A DNA stretch of 64,000 nucleotides from Octopus sinensis. Taxonomy: Eukaryota. Shown one piece after another: positions 12,186 through 25,184 of this stretch (position 1 is the first letter of the stretch; each line of letters begins with the position of its first letter). The notes under the pieces were generated by a model that saw nothing but the letters and a program-made list of their open reading frames with translations, was not told the DNA's origin and ran no database searches. The stretch lies in NCBI RefSeq assembly GCF_006345805.1, contig NC_042998.1:48856001-48920000 (forward strand), written 5' to 3'. Position numbers and translations under genes: made by a program.

Positions 12186-12484
12186 CTGTGTTTTGGTTTT
12201 AATATTTACCTGCTGGTTCTAAACAAAGTCAAAGTTTACAAACTGCAGCAAAAACATGTTGAACATTGAGCAATTCATTGTCTTAAGGGATAGAGAAATA
12301 TTACCTTTTTCAGAAACTGGCAAGTGTGGACAACAGGTAGAGCATCCAGCCATAGAAAATCTGCCTCAACATATTTTGGCTGACTCACACAAGCATGAGA
12401 AAATAGCTGTTAAAAATATCACGATAATGATGGTGATGTCAGTTGGAAATATTTATAAGTCATTCATTCAGCACGTTTTGATAA

Positions 12485-12576
12485 TTACAACTCATGTATA
12501 TCTGAATTTTGCTTTTGTAAGACTTTATCAAAAGATTTTCCATTGCCTGGAGGTAGGATGTGAATCAGTGCCCCAC
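12485..12576 (-). CDS. Candidate terminal exon
   Basis: Acceptor ttattattttgaag|; phase-1 GALIHILPPGNGKSFDKVLQKQNSDIHEL*. Weak support. Confidence 0.2.
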
Positions 12577-13523
12577 CTTCAAAATAATAATGAACTGCTA
12601 AGTATATGGTGCTACTAATTTCTCATCTCCAGTCGATTTGAAAGAAACAATTTTGATGTGATTCGATAAAGTAAACTTTTGCCTTGCAGGATTCTTCAGC
12701 CATAGAAGACGGATATGAACTCTGTAATTTCTTACAGAACCTGCACAGCTGATTTGTTAATAGCAATCAAATGATTGTGCTGTCCATTTTCTCAATCTCT
12801 CCATCGAATTGACATTATCTGTACAGGTGCACAGTGTATCACACATCAGATGTTGATGTGATCACAGAGCAACATGAGATGAAGGGTTTTACTCAAGACC
12901 ATAACACAACACCCAGTCTCGGAGGTGAACCCATGATCTCCCAGTCATGACTGCAACACCCTAACCACAAAGCACACACCATCATGCACACACACACACA
13001 CACAACACTGTTTACTTTTCTGTTGTAGACAATAGATGAGGGTTTTGCAATTTCTTGCTGAACAACTACACAGCTGATTTGCTTATAATGATCAAATGTT
13101 TGTGTTTTACATGAGCACAATCCCTCTATCAAATTGACATTCTTGTACAGGTGCACAGTGTTCCACATTTAAGGAATCAAAATGATGACAGAATAATGTG
13201 AGATGAAGTGCTTTGCTCAAGAACATAATGCATTGCTCAGTTGAGGAATCAAAACTACAATCTCCCAACCAGGTTATACCCAAATCATTAGACAACACAC
13301 CCTAATTAAACTTTAGCATTCAAGTGAAATGAAAGATAAATCTTTCCAAGTTTGGCACACATTTATTGGCATTACATCATCTCTTCATGTCTATGACCCT
13401 TAAATGTCACTGGTTCAGTTATTGTGCCACAAATCAACAGTGACCATTTTGACTTTTCAGAAGTATATCTGGAACTAAATTATCCAATGTGCCCTTTCTT
13501 TTTTATAAAATAGCAGTTACAGT

Positions 13524-13918
13524 GGCGTAGGAGTGGCTGTGTGGCTTACCAGCCACATGGTTCTGGGTTCAGTCCCACTGCATGGCACCTTGGGCAAGTG
13601 TCTTCTACTATAGCTTCAGGCCGACCAAAGCCTTGTGAATGGATTTGGTAGACGGAAACTGAAAGAAGCCTGTCGTATATATGTATATATATATATATAT
13701 ATGTTTGTGTGTCTGTGTTTGTCCCCCCAACATCGCTTGACAACTGACGCTGGTGTGTTTACATCCCTGTAACTTAGCGGTTCGGCAAAATAGACCGATA
13801 GAATAAGTACTAGGCTTACAAAGAATAAGTCCTGGGGTCGATTTGCTCGACTAAAGGCAGTGCTCCAGCATGGCCACAGTCAAATGACTGAAACAAGTAA
13901 AAGAATAAAAAAAGAATA
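13524..13918 (+). mobile_element. SINE family S1 copy
   Basis: Matches 23194-23603 with a short internal deletion near the head. Confidence 0.85.
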
Positions 13919-14239
13919 CAGTTTAAAGGAGATTTGGTTGTTATTTCTAGCAACATTGTTTGAGCTCTCTTGAACTTACTACTAGAGAAAACATGATTGG
14001 TGTTATAATTGATCAATGTTTGCATTAATAATAAAATAGCCACTACCATAATCGATATTGTAAACTAAGAAATTTAAATCAATTAAAATTATATCTTCTC
14101 AGATGAGAATAATCATTAACTAAATTAGTAATTCTGTTATAAAAAGACAATGAAGGCAATATGAAGATTTTATTTGATTAACATTAATTAAATATGAAAT
14201 GCAGTGGAGAATCAGTTTGATCTTTTGTTGTATGGGAAC

Positions 14240-14282
14240 AACTTCAGACATGTTTCAGTCCAATTACTTCATCAGGAAAGCA
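14240..14282 (-). ncRNA. Hammerhead motif (family C)
   Basis: Minus strand CTGATGA(14275-14269)-agt aattgg act-GAAA-catg-TC. Palindromic ACATGT stem III; stem I imperfect. Confidence 0.6.
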
Positions 14283-14459
14283 TTACCTAACTGTTAATAC
14301 AAATGAAGAGAATTACGTGTACAGTCATGGCTCTGGGTCTAAGAAGATTGCTTTTCACTCACTGATTTCAGGTTCAGTCCCACTGCACAGCTTCTTAGGC
14401 AAGTGTCTTATACAACAACTCTTTAAATTAGGCATTAAAACATTAAGGGAAGCAAATGT

Positions 14460-15060
14460 AACACCACACCACATCTCAAAATACTAACGTATGCATCAAC
14501 TCACAACCCTAGAAACAATGAGGCATACAACACTATTGTACAAAATCTACCTAAGCTCACTAGAAATCCAAAAATGAACAACATTCTAAAAATATAAATT
14601 CATCAAATGCAAAAAGCAACACAAATCACTGAAAAGACTTCTGACAGATGCAAATCTTTACACAACAACCATGAAACCAATGGGTGCCCAAACTGTGGAA
14701 AAGGCCCCAACCTGCTGGAAGGTTCAGAATTCCTATTCAAACAAGGAGAGAGGTTCACAATTAAAACCAACTTTATTTGTACTTCAGAGAAACCAATTTA
14801 TGTTATAACTTGTTCAGATTGTGGACATAGCTATATAGGACTGATAAGTATGACACTTAGATGGAGAACCACACTACATAAGGAACAGATCCGTTTCCCA
14901 TGGTACAGACAGATTTCTTTGAGTGAACATATAGAGAGATGTGCAGGTAATATCCAGCCAAACTTCAGTTTTCCCCATCTACCAGAACAAAGAAACAATT
15001 TCTGTACAAGAAAGTTTAAATACAGAAAATTTATTGATAAAAAAATATAGAACATTCCTA
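14460..15060 (+). mobile_element. Penelope-like retroelement 3' fragment (linker plus GIY-YIG endonuclease), frameshifted
   Basis: Upstream frame reads TYASTHNPRNNEAYNTIVQNLP..KCKKQHKSLKRLLT. ORF 14607-15050 contains FTIKTNFICTSEKPIYVITCSDCGHSYIG..RTTLHKEQIR..LSEHIERC, with the IYVITC/YIG and His/Cys motifs of PLE endonucleases. Confidence 0.85.
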
Positions 15061-15695
15061 AATATGAATGCATAACCAACTTCAGTCCCAGTATATATTT
15101 TAATTCATGTTCATATACCCATCACTATGAATAGTTCATCTCACTATTTTAGCTTTTGAAATTTTGTATATTTATTTTCTCCTTCCCCCAAAATGACCAA
15201 TTACCTCCCCTGTCCCCAATAATAATGATCAATAATTACCTCCCCTTAGATTTTTCTCCTTATTGATTCATTTCATTCACAAACTCCCATACGCAACATG
15301 AACTAAAATCTTAAGAAAATACAAAATTACGATAATTTCAATGTCATGGTTAGCGAAAGCAAAACCAGTCAACAAATACAATAGCCTTTCACTTATAAAA
15401 TGTAATAAAAAATATACCAAAACTATGTTAGCTGTGTTGTGCATTTTTCTTCTTTCATTTTATATATATATTTTTTGCATTACAACTTACATGGAGATAA
15501 TCAAAATGCTTCCTCCTCCCCTTTTCTTATATATACATACATACATTCATATATATATATATATATATATATTGTAGTTGTGGCGAATGCCAGTGCCATC
15601 TGGCTGGTACCCGTGCTGGTGCAATAAGCACTATTCATGCATGGGTCAAAGCCAGTGCTGCCTGACTGACTCCTCATGCCAATGCCAGCCCCTTG

Positions 15696-15745
<50 letters not shown>

Positions 15746-17409
15746 CATACACACACATACACACACATACACACACATACACACATTTATGAAAAAACAA
15801 AATTTAGGAAGACCAATAAGGATTTGTGTCACGAAGATTGTATCATTTGAAAAAACTGACAGCAAGAGTTGAGTACAATAAAATTGCTGCAGGGAGTAGG
15901 AAATATATATACACACATGTATCTGTATATACACGTGTGCATATGTATGTCTGTTTAGATGTTTGCAATCTGCAATTCACATGAGAAAGTGATGAACTAC
16001 AGATGGTGATGGTTGACATTTCCCAGCATATGAATCATCCGCAAACTCTGTGCTTTTGAAGACAGCTAGAATGGAAACTCCCTTACTTGAAAAAAAACAT
16101 TTAATGGTCAGTAACAGAAAATGCACCCTAATAATGTTTTAGTCTCACCCACGTCTACATGAGAAAAAATAAACAAACATGAAATGACTGAACAAATGAA
16201 CTTAACAAAGTAAGGAAAACACCCAGGAGTGCTTGGTGTATAAAAACTTCATAGTAAGGGATTTGATGAATAACAAATATACAATCATTTTTTGTCATGA
16301 GTACAGAGATAAGTTAAAGAAGCACATCAGATACAGACAAGTCAAGCTATTAATTATGATATAAATGCTTATCTAAGATAAATAAAAATTGATTGGATAT
16401 TTTTTTTTTATTGATATATTTATCAATCTATTTCTGGTGAAGAACTGAATTAGACAGAGCTGCTCTTCTCAGTGTATCTGATATCTATATATATATATGT
16501 GGTGTGTGTGTGTGTGTGTGTGTGTGTGTACATATACCTTTTATGTTTCATTTGTTTCAGTTTCTAGACTGTGGCCATGCTGGAGCTCAATCTTAAAGAA
16601 CTTTTAATAGGATGAATTGAACCTAGTGCTTATTTTTTTAAAGCCTGGTACTTGTACTGTTTGTCTCTTTTTGCCAAACCACTAAGTTACAGGGACATAA
16701 ACACACCAATACCAGTTCTCAGACACAAAAACACACATACATATACACAATGGTCTTCTTTCAGTTTACATCTACCAGATCCACTCACAAGGCTTTGGTC
16801 AGCCAGGAGCTGTAGCAGAAGACACTTGCCCAGGGTGCCATGCAGTGGGACTAAACCTGGAATCATGTGGTTTTAATTATTAGACTGTAGCATCGCTGGT
16901 ATATGACCTTGTAGGTCAATCACATCGATCTTCATTATTTATTAGTATTTATTTTTCCACTTATAGTTATTTTATAGACTTCAGAGGGAATGAAAGACAA
17001 TATAGATTGGACAGAATTTGAAATAATGTATAAATGGGCATAACCAAAATATCACGAGCTATTTGGCCCAATGTCAACATGTATGGCCTCCTAGTTAGTG
17101 TTCCACTCACAGTCATTGAGTCTTGGGTTTGATTTTCAAACTGAATTGTGTATCATGTCCTTGTTGTCCACTCCTGTCCACTCAGATGAGAATGAATTCC
17201 AGTGGTAGCTGGGGTGAAGGTAACTCATTTAGGGAGCAGTCATGTAATTTCAGTTGTCTGAATGTCTCAGAATCCCAGATAGTATCCTATTTCATGAGCC
17301 TGTAGGCTTGAGGCAGTCTTATTTTGATTTATACTAATACACCCTACCATTTTCATATTTACCTATCTATCTATCTAACTGCCCGTCTGTCTGTCCGTAT
17401 GTCTGTCTG

Positions 17410-17524
<115 letters not shown>

Positions 17525-17867
17525 GTTTGTCTGTCTGTCTGTCAACGCCCATGCACACACATACATATATACTCTCAGATGTTGTTATACATTGCTGGTC
17601 ATAACAAACTTCCTCACATTGTTGTAGCTTTTAAATGATGCCAACCCACTGGCTGGGCAGGCTAACAATCCTCCTGGACGAAACACCTGCCTGTCACAGG
17701 GTTACCTATTTGCAGCTGAGTGGACTGGAGCAACATGAAATGAAGTGTTTTGCTCAAGAAAACTAATCGCCACAGTCTGAGAATCGCAAAAGTATGTGTA
17801 ACATCCCCATCGCTAGCCCGCATACTTTCACTCATACATGTATACATGTGTGTGTGTGCTTTATATA

Positions 17868-17903
<36 letters not shown>

Positions 17904-17989
17904 TGTATGTATGTATGTATGTATGTATGTATGCATGCATGCATGCATGTATGTATGTATGTATATTATATTTATATATTTGTTTTATT

Positions 17990-18035
<46 letters not shown>

Positions 18036-18378
18036 GTATATATATATATATTATATTTATATATATTTTATCTATATAAATATAAATATATATATATATT
18101 ATATTTATATATGTATATATTTTTCAAGACAAATAGGCAAAGAATTATATTTATTGACTTTACAACTATCCAAATTGGTTTATTTGATGGGTGGGGGGGG
18201 GTGCTGTTTCATTTTTGTTGTATCTTTCATCTATTTTTTTTTTAAATTTTACTTTTGCACTGAACAATTTATTTTTGTGAGGATTTTTCAGTTGATATTT
18301 GATGTGTTTCTTCTCACAAGAACATTATTTAAATTTTCAAAGCAAGATGCTTGTGTTAAAAAAAATTTTTTTAATAAA

Positions 18379-18409
<31 letters not shown>

Positions 18410-20094
18410 GTAAACACATGTATTGGAGTTGGCTAGTGAATGCAGAAATTTGTAAGAGCTTTTGCATGAGTTGGTGGTGATGTAGAAACAGATGTTGATA
18501 AATTCATGACTCAATTTGTCAATAATTAAAAGAAAGTTATTGAATCATGTGGGAAAAGAGAAATACCTAGATTATAGTGGCATAATCTTCTAGGTTAATC
18601 TCATAGACAGCATCAAATGATTTTATTTTCAAAGAGCTATGTTAACCCCTGGCAAGGAGTCATGGCTTAGTAATGATTATGCACATAATGAAATACTCCA
18701 TATATATGTACGTTACATAGAGCATGGCTGTGTTTATCCATTAAAATGTTTTTCGCTCTCTGTAAGAGGGACAGCTCGAAAATGTCAGATACCTCTTCCT
18801 ATCTGCACCACATAAATATATATGAGCTCATAAAACTTCGCTTTGTATGTATGCATGTATGTATATATAAGTATGCATGTAAATATAAGCATATGTACAT
18901 ATGTATGCACACACATGCATACACACATTCACACACACACACACACACGTGCGAGCAAACACACACATGCATGCACGCACACACATGCATGCACACACAT
19001 ACATGTGCACACACACACGCATGCATGTACACACACAAATATATATATTTGCACAGACATGTACATGCATTGAAAATTTTCTGAATGAAAGATCAAAGAA
19101 ATTAAAAGCTAAAGAGGATTCAATGTTCTGAAATAACTTTGCTTCATTTACAGATTCTAAATATTTTAGTTTCTGAAGGCATGCTGGAATTAGTGAAAGC
19201 AGAGATTCTCAGAGTTCATGCATAGGAAACAAATCTAAAAACCATGAGGGTTTAAATTCAGCCATGCCTGCACCTATATGTATGTATGGATGGATTGTAT
19301 ATCATATATCATATCATACCATATCATATATCATATCATACCATCATTAATTTCATCATCAGCTGCATCATCATCTCCATCATCATCATTATTCAAACGT
19401 ACATGTTCCATAGTGGCATGTGGCGAGTGGTAAGACAGGTTCCAATAGCTCCAAACACTGCATTACACTCCATTGTCTACCTTGACGTGGTTCCTGTGAC
19501 TGCTTGCACTTCCTAACGCCAGCCATTCTTCAGGGCACCAGCACTAGTGAGGTTGCCATCTAACTTGCAAGACCATGAACTCAGAAATAGGTGGCTTTAT
19601 GCACAGAGCCACAAAGTTAAAGTATGAGAGACAGGGCTCCTAGAGAAGAGGTTTTTTGCTGCAGAAGGTTTACATAGCTACTCACATTTTGGAAGAGAGC
19701 ACGGTGATGGTATGATCCAAGTGGAACTGCATACATTTGTGTGTGTATGCATGATAATTTATAACAGACAATGTACATATATATATATATATATAAGAGA
19801 TAATGGTGTCATTGAGACCCAAAGGCGTAAGGTAATGCTGAATAAGTGCTATAGACAGACCATAGTTAAGTTCCAGATTCAGGAATATTGTGAATAAAGG
19901 GTTCAACATTGGTTCTATGTCAGCATTTGCATAATAAGATAAAAAACCAAGGCTGTGTAGATATTAGAGCATATATAGATAGAAGACCTTCTATTTATAA
20001 ATTCTCTAATATCTACACAGCCTTGGTTTTTTTATCTTACTATGCAAAAAATTCTAATATATATATGTCTTCAAACTTGATAAATTATCTATTT

Positions 20095-20185
20095 ACTTAT
20101 TCCTGATGAAGAGGACATGTCAGTGTGAATCCAAAGGATTCATACCTGCTGACTAATGGACTCCAGAAACGACTGTCAAATAGCT
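20095..20185 (+). ncRNA. Hammerhead motif with long stem II (family D)
   Basis: CTGATGA(20103), then gag..gtcag gtgtgaatcc-aaa-ggattcatac-like nested hairpin..ctgac..ctc, then GAAA(20166)-cgactg-TC. Stem I ttatt/aatag. Confidence 0.55.
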
Positions 20186-22470
20186 TCATATTGACATTAT
20201 AACCCTCTATAAAACATTTATTGGGAACTCTTCTAAACTTTTAAATCCATAATGCGGATTTCCCACAACTGCTGATTTATTTTATAACTTTTAATCCTTA
20301 TTTCAACGTCCTTCCTTTGACCTTAAATTTAAATTTAATATGATTTTTAATCGATATATCAACCTTTATTTATTCCTTTACCCTTTTCCTGTACAGTTTT
20401 ACCTCATATAACACATATTTCTTTCTAAATAATATATGAATACGTTCTTTGTCTTGTAATTTTTTGTTATGTCTATGTATGTATTTATGTATTATGTTGG
20501 TGTAAATCATAAATATAAATGATTATCTAAATTTTTGTCTCTTCTTATACCAAATTATATAATGTCTAACATATCGGGTTCGACCTGAGCACTTCCAAGC
20601 AATTAAGTAAAAAATCTTTTTTCAAAAGGAAAAAAAAAACGATATATATTCATATATATATATAAAATACACACACACACATATGTAATCTGGTAAGCAT
20701 GAATGTATGTATGATATGTATGTGTATGCATGTGTTTATGAGTGTGTTTGTGAGTATATGTGCATGCATGGAACGTTTGAATGCATGTATAATATGCATG
20801 TATGTTTGTGTGTGTGTGGTTGTGCATGGAAGGTATGAACGTATGAATAATATGAGCATGTATGTGTGTGTGCATGGAAGGTATGAATATATGTATAATA
20901 TGCATGTGTGTTTGTGTGTGTATGTATGTGTGTATGTGTGTGCATGTGCATATGTACATATCTATTAAATTAATCTACTCTCAAAATTTTGTTGATACAA
21001 GCTAACTTTTATGGTCTCCTCAGAGGAATCATTAAAACTCCAATACTTCAAACTCTTAGAATGTGATACCCTATCAAAATTTATTGTTGAATTAGAGTGA
21101 ATCAGTAAGCAACTGAAACATGGTATGAATGAAATACCAGTTGTTACTTAGTTGCAATTAATTTAGTTTCAATAAATACTTGAATATGATGGAGTGTTGA
21201 GAAAACTACCTGCGACACAGCTCAGATATGACGTAGCTTTCAATTCTGCCTTCTTGCCAAGATACAGATTGGTTACATTCTTTATAACTATGCCCTATAG
21301 ATGCTCTATGGGATTTAGCTCTGTTGGCTTACTTGCTTATGGAAACTTGTTGATGTGATGACCAGCATATTAAGTAGTGATTTTGTTCTGGTATTATATA
21401 CAAGTAACAAATTTTATTGCAACAGAAATCCTACCTTACCATATAACCTGTCAACTGACAAGAGTTTTATATACTTCAAGCAATCTTGGTACACTGCCTG
21501 CCCTGACCATGCTGGAGTGTTGAGAAAAACCACTTGTAACACAGCTCAGCAGCAATGATAGCCTTGGCAATATTGATATTGGCTTTTAGTTCTGCCTGAT
21601 TGCCAGGATATAGATTTGTAGCAAGAGACAATTTCTATTATTGCATATTGAAAACAATTGAGTTATATAGGCTCATCATGTTAATCTGTAGTGATTGGTT
21701 AACATACCTATCATATGAGTGTTTGGACATTTTTTGAGTCCTGCGTTATAATTGGTTGAGTGCTGCGCAGTGGGGATTGGATCAAAGGTCCAATCACATT
21801 GTGCATATTATATTTCAAACAACTAATACTGTACGTGTTCTGGAGCCTCCTTTTTTCCATAAATTGGTGAAACAGATTATTTATGAGTCAGAGGGGTGAG
21901 AGTTTTTCATCAAGGCAAGTGATACAGATCTTGCTGCTTTGAGGAAAATTAACATAACAGAGCCCATGTAACCAATGACGACCCAACTGAACTATTGAAA
22001 CAAGGATTGAACAACAACCAACAGAATTTGTAATGTTTCTTGCTTTGATCCACTGTACCACGGGTCTCTTTTGTTTCTTCTACAAACGAACATGCAAAAT
22101 ATATTATACAATGATATACACAATTCTTAAGTAAAACCAAGGGAGACTTTAAACCATTACATAAAAGACTGGTCTAATTTTTTTTTTTTTAGCTATATGA
22201 GATTCAGCTCTTTTGAATTAATTACCTAAGGGAGCATGTTGATATGATGATCATCATATCAAGCAGTGGTTCTGTTCTAGTACTACGTACAGGTGACAAA
22301 TCTTATTGAAATAGAAATCCTTTATTAACACATAATTTGACAGCTGACAGTTTCTATATGCTCCAAGCTCCCTTTGTACACAGCCTTGCTTTGACTGCAT
22401 CTCTGAGTAACTACATTGGTATGGGGTGCTATGTCATATGCATCCATACATATGATATGGCACCCCATAC

Positions 22471-22547
22471 AATTGCTGACTGCAGGTGGCTTCAAACAGC
22501 TGGAGTTGCAGAGAGTTCATGGAATGGCTAAGAGCAGAATTTTCCAA
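22471..22547 (-). CDS. Candidate exon (77 nt, phase 0-2)
   Basis: Acceptor atgctttgctcctag| with an upstream ctcactaa branch-like motif, and donor TT|gtatgg. Reads LENSALSHSMNSLQLQLFEATCSQQ (coiled-coil-like). Confidence 0.45.
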
Positions 22548-23002
22548 CTAGGAGCAAAGCATTTTAGATTTAGTGAGCCTAAAACTATTGAAATTTTGAT
22601 ATTTTATCTTAACTGACACAAATATCCATTCTAATTTTCTGAGATGCAACTGAATGCTTATCTTTCTGTCTGTCTATCTTTCAGTGTGTGTATGTTTGTG
22701 AGTATATATATATACATATTTATGAATTTTTTTGCTAGTTTATTTTGTCTTTTTGTCTTTTCTCTTGGTGTTGTATGAACATTTAATGTGGTTTTAGAGT
22801 CAAGACTTGGCTGCTATTTCCAGCATGGCAATATCTCTTAGATACCCTAAATTATAATTTTAATAATAATTATTACCTTTGAAGGTTTTTATTCCCATGC
22901 TGGCCACTTGATAAGATCGATATTTAGATTAACGACCTTATCCTTATTTATATAAATTTAAACATATGCATATTTATATAGATACGTGTGTGTGTGTGTG
23001 TG

Positions 23003-23056
<54 letters not shown>

Positions 23057-23193
23057 TGTTTCGAAAGCATAAAGGACAAGTTAGATATTTAAACATATTC
23101 ACATCATCAATAGACAGCAAATATTTACAATGATTCCACTGCTAAATTTTTTGGCAGAATGAAACAGTGACAGACAAACTAGAAATTAGCATA

Positions 23194-23603
23194 GGCACAG
23201 GAGTGGCTGTGTGGTAAGTAGCTTGTTTACCAACCACATGGTTCCGGGTTCAGTCCCACTGCGTGGAACCTTGGGCAAGTGTCTTCTACTATAGCCTCGG
23301 GCCGACCAAAGCCTTGTGAGTGGATTTGGTAGACGGAAACTGAAAGAAGCCCGTCGTATATATGTATATATATATATATGCATGTGTGTGTTTGTGTGTC
23401 TGTGTTTGTCCCCCTAGCATTGCTTGACAACCGATGCTGGTGTGTTTATGTCCCTGTTACTTAGCGGTTTGGCAAAAGATACTGATAGAATAAGTACTAG
23501 GCTTACAAAAGAATAAGTCCCGGGGTCGAGTTACTCGATTAAAGGCGGTACTCCAGCATAGCCGCAGTCAAATGACTGAAACAAGTAAAAGAGTAAAAGA
23601 GTA
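23194..23603 (+). mobile_element. SINE family S1 (about 400 bp, internal TA/TG tract, aagagta tail), representative copy
   Basis: Near-identical copies at about 13524-13918(+), 50190-50605(-), 58610-59023(-), 24757-25146(-), 44118-44523(-). Partial or split copies at 1622-2460(-), 4355-4490, 5330-5510, 14325-14420, 16537-16875(-), 51735-51907(-), 54975-55560(+), 57680-57790. tRNA-like head and a CORE-like ccttgggcaagtg motif. Confidence 0.85.
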
Positions 23604-24288
23604 TAGGCTAAAATGGTGGAGTGAGGGATAAATGAGAGTAGTGACCCCTGTTATCTACATATCAAAGACAATAAGGAGAATGTAGTCTTGGTTTTTTATC
23701 TCATTACAAAAAAAAAATGCTTAATTAGTATCATGACAGACCATTCTACTATCTAAGAAAATGTAACTTTACATCCAGCTATATCAACACCAAAGGGTAG
23801 GCCTTAGGGTGGTAAGCAAGAATGCCTGATGGGGGAGTGGTGATAATTGAAAGGAAAGGAAAAAGGGGATAGGCTGTAAGGAATTGACACTTATATATCT
23901 TTGTTACTCATTTATATTTTACTCACCTACCCTGGAATCTGCACTTCAGAAGTATTTGGAAAGTACCTTTATATAAAGTACATGTCTGAACAAATGAGCG
24001 GATTTATTCACTAAGTTGGATCATGCCATCTGCAAGAATATCAGGTGGAAAAATTCTATGTAGAGTTTGATATTTACCTAATATTGTCTGAGTGTGCAAA
24101 TTAGTTCGTCCAAACAAGGTACCTCAATTTAAGCACCTAATTCAACTGAATCTAAATTACATTTTGTATATATATATACATATGTATAGCCAACCCAAAC
24201 AAGAACAAGCAAGAAAAAACAACAATGTGAAGATGTAAAACAAGTACTATGTTATTGGACACTCAGGAAAGGAAAAACAAGAAAGAGG

Positions 24289-24323
24289 ATTTCACATTTC
24301 GAGCAGAGCTCTTCATCAGAAAT
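24289..24323 (-). ncRNA. Hammerhead motif (family B), cleavage site mutated
   Basis: Minus strand attt-CTGATGA-a-gagc tct gctc-GAAA-tg-TG-aaat. H17=G, so probably inactive. Confidence 0.55.
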
Positions 24324-24493
24324 ATAGAAAAAGTCTAAAGAAGGGAAGACAGAGAAAGAAAATCACCAATGATACACATGCAGCCACAGATATTTGTAAC
24401 TTAATTAGTTCTAGTTCTCTGAAGTCACTAGACTTGATGTGTATAGACACAGATTGGGCTACTTATTTCTCTGTGGTTTGTTGAGTGGTGCAG

Positions 24494-24540
24494 ACATCTC
24501 TGATGAGACCCCAGTAAAAGTTGAAAATCGATTAACACTG
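24494..24540 (+). ncRNA. Hammerhead motif (family E)
   Basis: CTGATGA(24500)-gac cccagtaaaa gtt-GAAA(24523)-atcgat-TA. Palindromic AATCGATT stem III; stem I degenerate. Confidence 0.5.
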
Positions 24541-24665
24541 TTCATCATATTTTCATTCAACTAAGATACACAGAAATTTGACATGTTTGTATGTCTGTCC
24601 ATTTGTTTACATATGTGTGTGTGTGTGTGTGTGTATATATATGTATGTATATATATATATATATG

Positions 24666-24705
<40 letters not shown>

Positions 24706-25148
24706 ATACATACATATATATATGTGTGTATGTGTGTGTCTTTTTTTATTCTTTTATCAATTTACTTATTTCAGTCATTTGACTGCGACCATGCTAGAGC
24801 ATTGCCTTAAAGGGTTTTAGTCAAAGAAATCAACCCCAGGACTTATTCTTTGTAAGCCTGGTACTTATTTTATTGGATCTCTTTTGCTGAACAAAGTTAC
24901 GGGTACATAAACACACCAGCATTTGTTGTCAAGCGATGGTAGGGGACAAGCACAGACACACACATAAATATATACATATATATATATGACAGGCTTCTTT
25001 CAGTTTCTATCCACCTAATCCACTCACAAGGCTTTGGACAGTCCAAGGCTGTAGTAGAAGACACTTGCCCAAGGTGTCACACAGTGGGACTGAACCTGAA
25101 ACCATGTGGTTGGGTAACAGACTTCTTACCACACAGCCACACCTGCCC

Positions 25149-25184
<36 letters not shown>

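Noticed and set aside
21712-22079. ~120-codon minus frame with a single TGA
   Set aside because: No recognisable domain, and it is compatible with chance across six frames.
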